Below, piece after piece: positions 38,815 through 40,188 of a stretch of 40,188 nt of DNA (the first letter of the stretch is position 1; every line of letters begins with the position of its first letter). The notes under the pieces are model-generated. The model was not told the origin of the DNA, made no database searches, and was given only the letters and a program-made list of their open reading frames with translations. The translations under genes and the position numbers were made by a program. The DNA is from a virus. Taxonomy: Duplodnaviria > Heunggongvirae > Uroviricota > Caudoviricetes. Location: IMG/VR virus record IMGVR_UViG_2534681762_000013, one strand, 5' to 3'.

Positions 38815-40188
38815 TCATTGAAAACTGCTTTTAGAACTTGATACAACGGGACTAGTCACAACAGGACTATTCTCAACGGGATCATCCTCAGAGGAACTAT
38901 CATCAAAGTCATCATCCATAAATAAAATATCATCGAATGGTGCCACGCCCGTGATGAGTTTTATTTTATTATTACGATCAGTCAAGACTCCACTTAAACC
39001 GTTTTCGCTCACAGGTTTTAATGATTTTTCATTACTCTTGTTGTAAGCAGGCGCATTAAAAATACACGGAGTATCAAGATCAAACAATGACGTTCCCCAG
39101 TTCACATATTGAATATCATAGTTACTGAAGTTCTGTCCAGAAAAGAAGCATCCCTTAAAATCCAATCCACCTAAATTATATAAACCATCCTCTTCTTTTT
39201 GGAGAGTAATGTTAATTTTGGCTATCTCCCGGACATCATCGCCATTTTTATATTTGAATACCGTTTCAAGATTTTCCCCACACAGTTTGACTTCTGGAAA
39301 TAATTTGAAATCAAAGCCTATATTATTATGTATCAACGTAGATGAACAAAAGATGGAGAAAGCTTGCAGTGCTGAATTATAGCTTTCGATTTTATCCTGA
39401 GGCTGCGCTCTTGGTAAAAACTCATAGCAACATTCATAAAAATTAAGTAGAAACTCTGAAGACCTTCCATTTTTATCAAATAATATCCCCTTGAACTCAT
39501 TCACAAACGCATCTTTTTTTTCTTGAATATCTATGGGGTGTTCCTTTGACTCTGACAAAGATGAAATCTCATCTATTTTGTTTTCATATGAATTACGTGA
39601 TTCCATACAGACATTTGGCGGCGTTTCTAAAATAACACTACGCGTACTACTTGGCTTAAGTAAACCAACATGAAAATCACTTTTTCTTATATTATCGAAA
39701 AGGTTCTGTTCATTTCTTTTAGCGCATTCAAAAAACTGATCGGCATTATTTTTATTCGATAATTTTTTAGTTTCAGAAAACACATTTTCATTGTTTTCCA
39801 GCTTTAGTTTAATGAGAAGATTTTCCCAGACCTGCTTGCTTAAACATATTACGTCAGGCTCACCAGAACTAACTAACTCGTGATTATTATTAAAGTGTAC
39901 GTTGAATACCTTTAAGTTATTTTCACCAACTTCATATTTAATACGTTTTAATTGTTCTCCAGCTCCCATAATGACAAAGGCGTTGCCTTCTTGATATATA
40001 CATTCAGACATCATTTTTTGTAAAGTTTCAAGAGCACCGCGATACGTCTCTGATGCAGCTTCCTTACAAATTAATTTTAAAATACTATGAGCTAGTAGCT
40101 CCATGTGTTTAGAAGATTTATTTTCATTATAACTTCCACTACCCAAAACTGCGCTAGCGTTAAATCCGTTGCTTTTACTAACTAACAT
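38815..40188 (-). CDS. AT-rich hypothetical protein, 5' end at or beyond the window edge
   Basis: 457-aa ORF with low-GC codon usage, an acidic Ser/Asp-rich C-terminus and a short pentapeptide-repeat-like stretch; its first Met is the last codon of the window, so the true start may lie outside. Confidence 0.5.
   Translation of the reverse strand: MLVSKSNGFNASAVLGSGSYNENKSSKHMELLAHSILKLICKEAASETYRGALETLQKMMSECIYQEGNAFVIMGAGEQLKRIKYEVGENNLKVFNVHFNNNHELVSSGEPDVICLSKQVWENLLIKLKLENNENVFSETKKLSNKNNADQFFECAKRNEQNLFDNIRKSDFHVGLLKPSSTRSVILETPPNVCMESRNSYENKIDEISSLSESKEHPIDIQEKKDAFVNEFKGILFDKNGRSSEFLLNFYECCYEFLPRAQPQDKIESYNSALQAFSIFCSSTLIHNNIGFDFKLFPEVKLCGENLETVFKYKNGDDVREIAKINITLQKEEDGLYNLGGLDFKGCFFSGQNFSNYDIQYVNWGTSLFDLDTPCIFNAPAYNKSNEKSLKPVSENGLSGVLTDRNNKIKLITGVAPFDDILFMDDDFDDSSSEDDPVENSPVVTSPVVSSSKSSFQ

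Noticed and set aside
1-40188. CRISPR arrays, rRNA or additional tRNA genes
   Set aside because: No regularly spaced short direct repeats and no tRNA-like cloverleaf beyond the tmRNA and its 3'-end repeat copies were seen on reading the sequence.

Overview
This window reads as an Escherichia-type chromosome segment: smpB, then the tmRNA gene ssrA (tag frame ANDENYALAA), with a P2/186-family prophage of about 33.4 kb integrated into the 3' end of ssrA (about 1054..34484). All calls are from reading the sequence and ORF track against remembered protein families; no database search was run. The prophage has a complete P2-like late region (ogr, D, U, T, E/E', FII, FI, H, I, J, W, V, S, R, lysis genes, X, L, M, N, O, P, Q) and a 186-like early region (Int, CI, Apl, CII, Dam methylase, replication protein A). 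The most interesting element is an AT-rich two-gene cargo operon between tail genes V and S (15106..17206): an ABC/OLD-family ATPase followed by a DUF4435/TOPRIM-like protein, an architecture matching the PARIS (AriA/AriB) anti-phage system. Other accessory features are a Gin/Hin-type invertible tail-fibre segment carrying an IS1 insertion (9-bp target duplication) that splits one tail-fibre assembly gene, a small zinc-ribbon plus 89-aa gene pair near the putative cos site, and a LexA-box-controlled Tum-like/DinI-like operon. Beyond the prophage lie a second ssrA-derived direct repeat, a remnant island with a degraded autotransporter and an invertase fragment, and a third degenerate copy of the ssrA flank.
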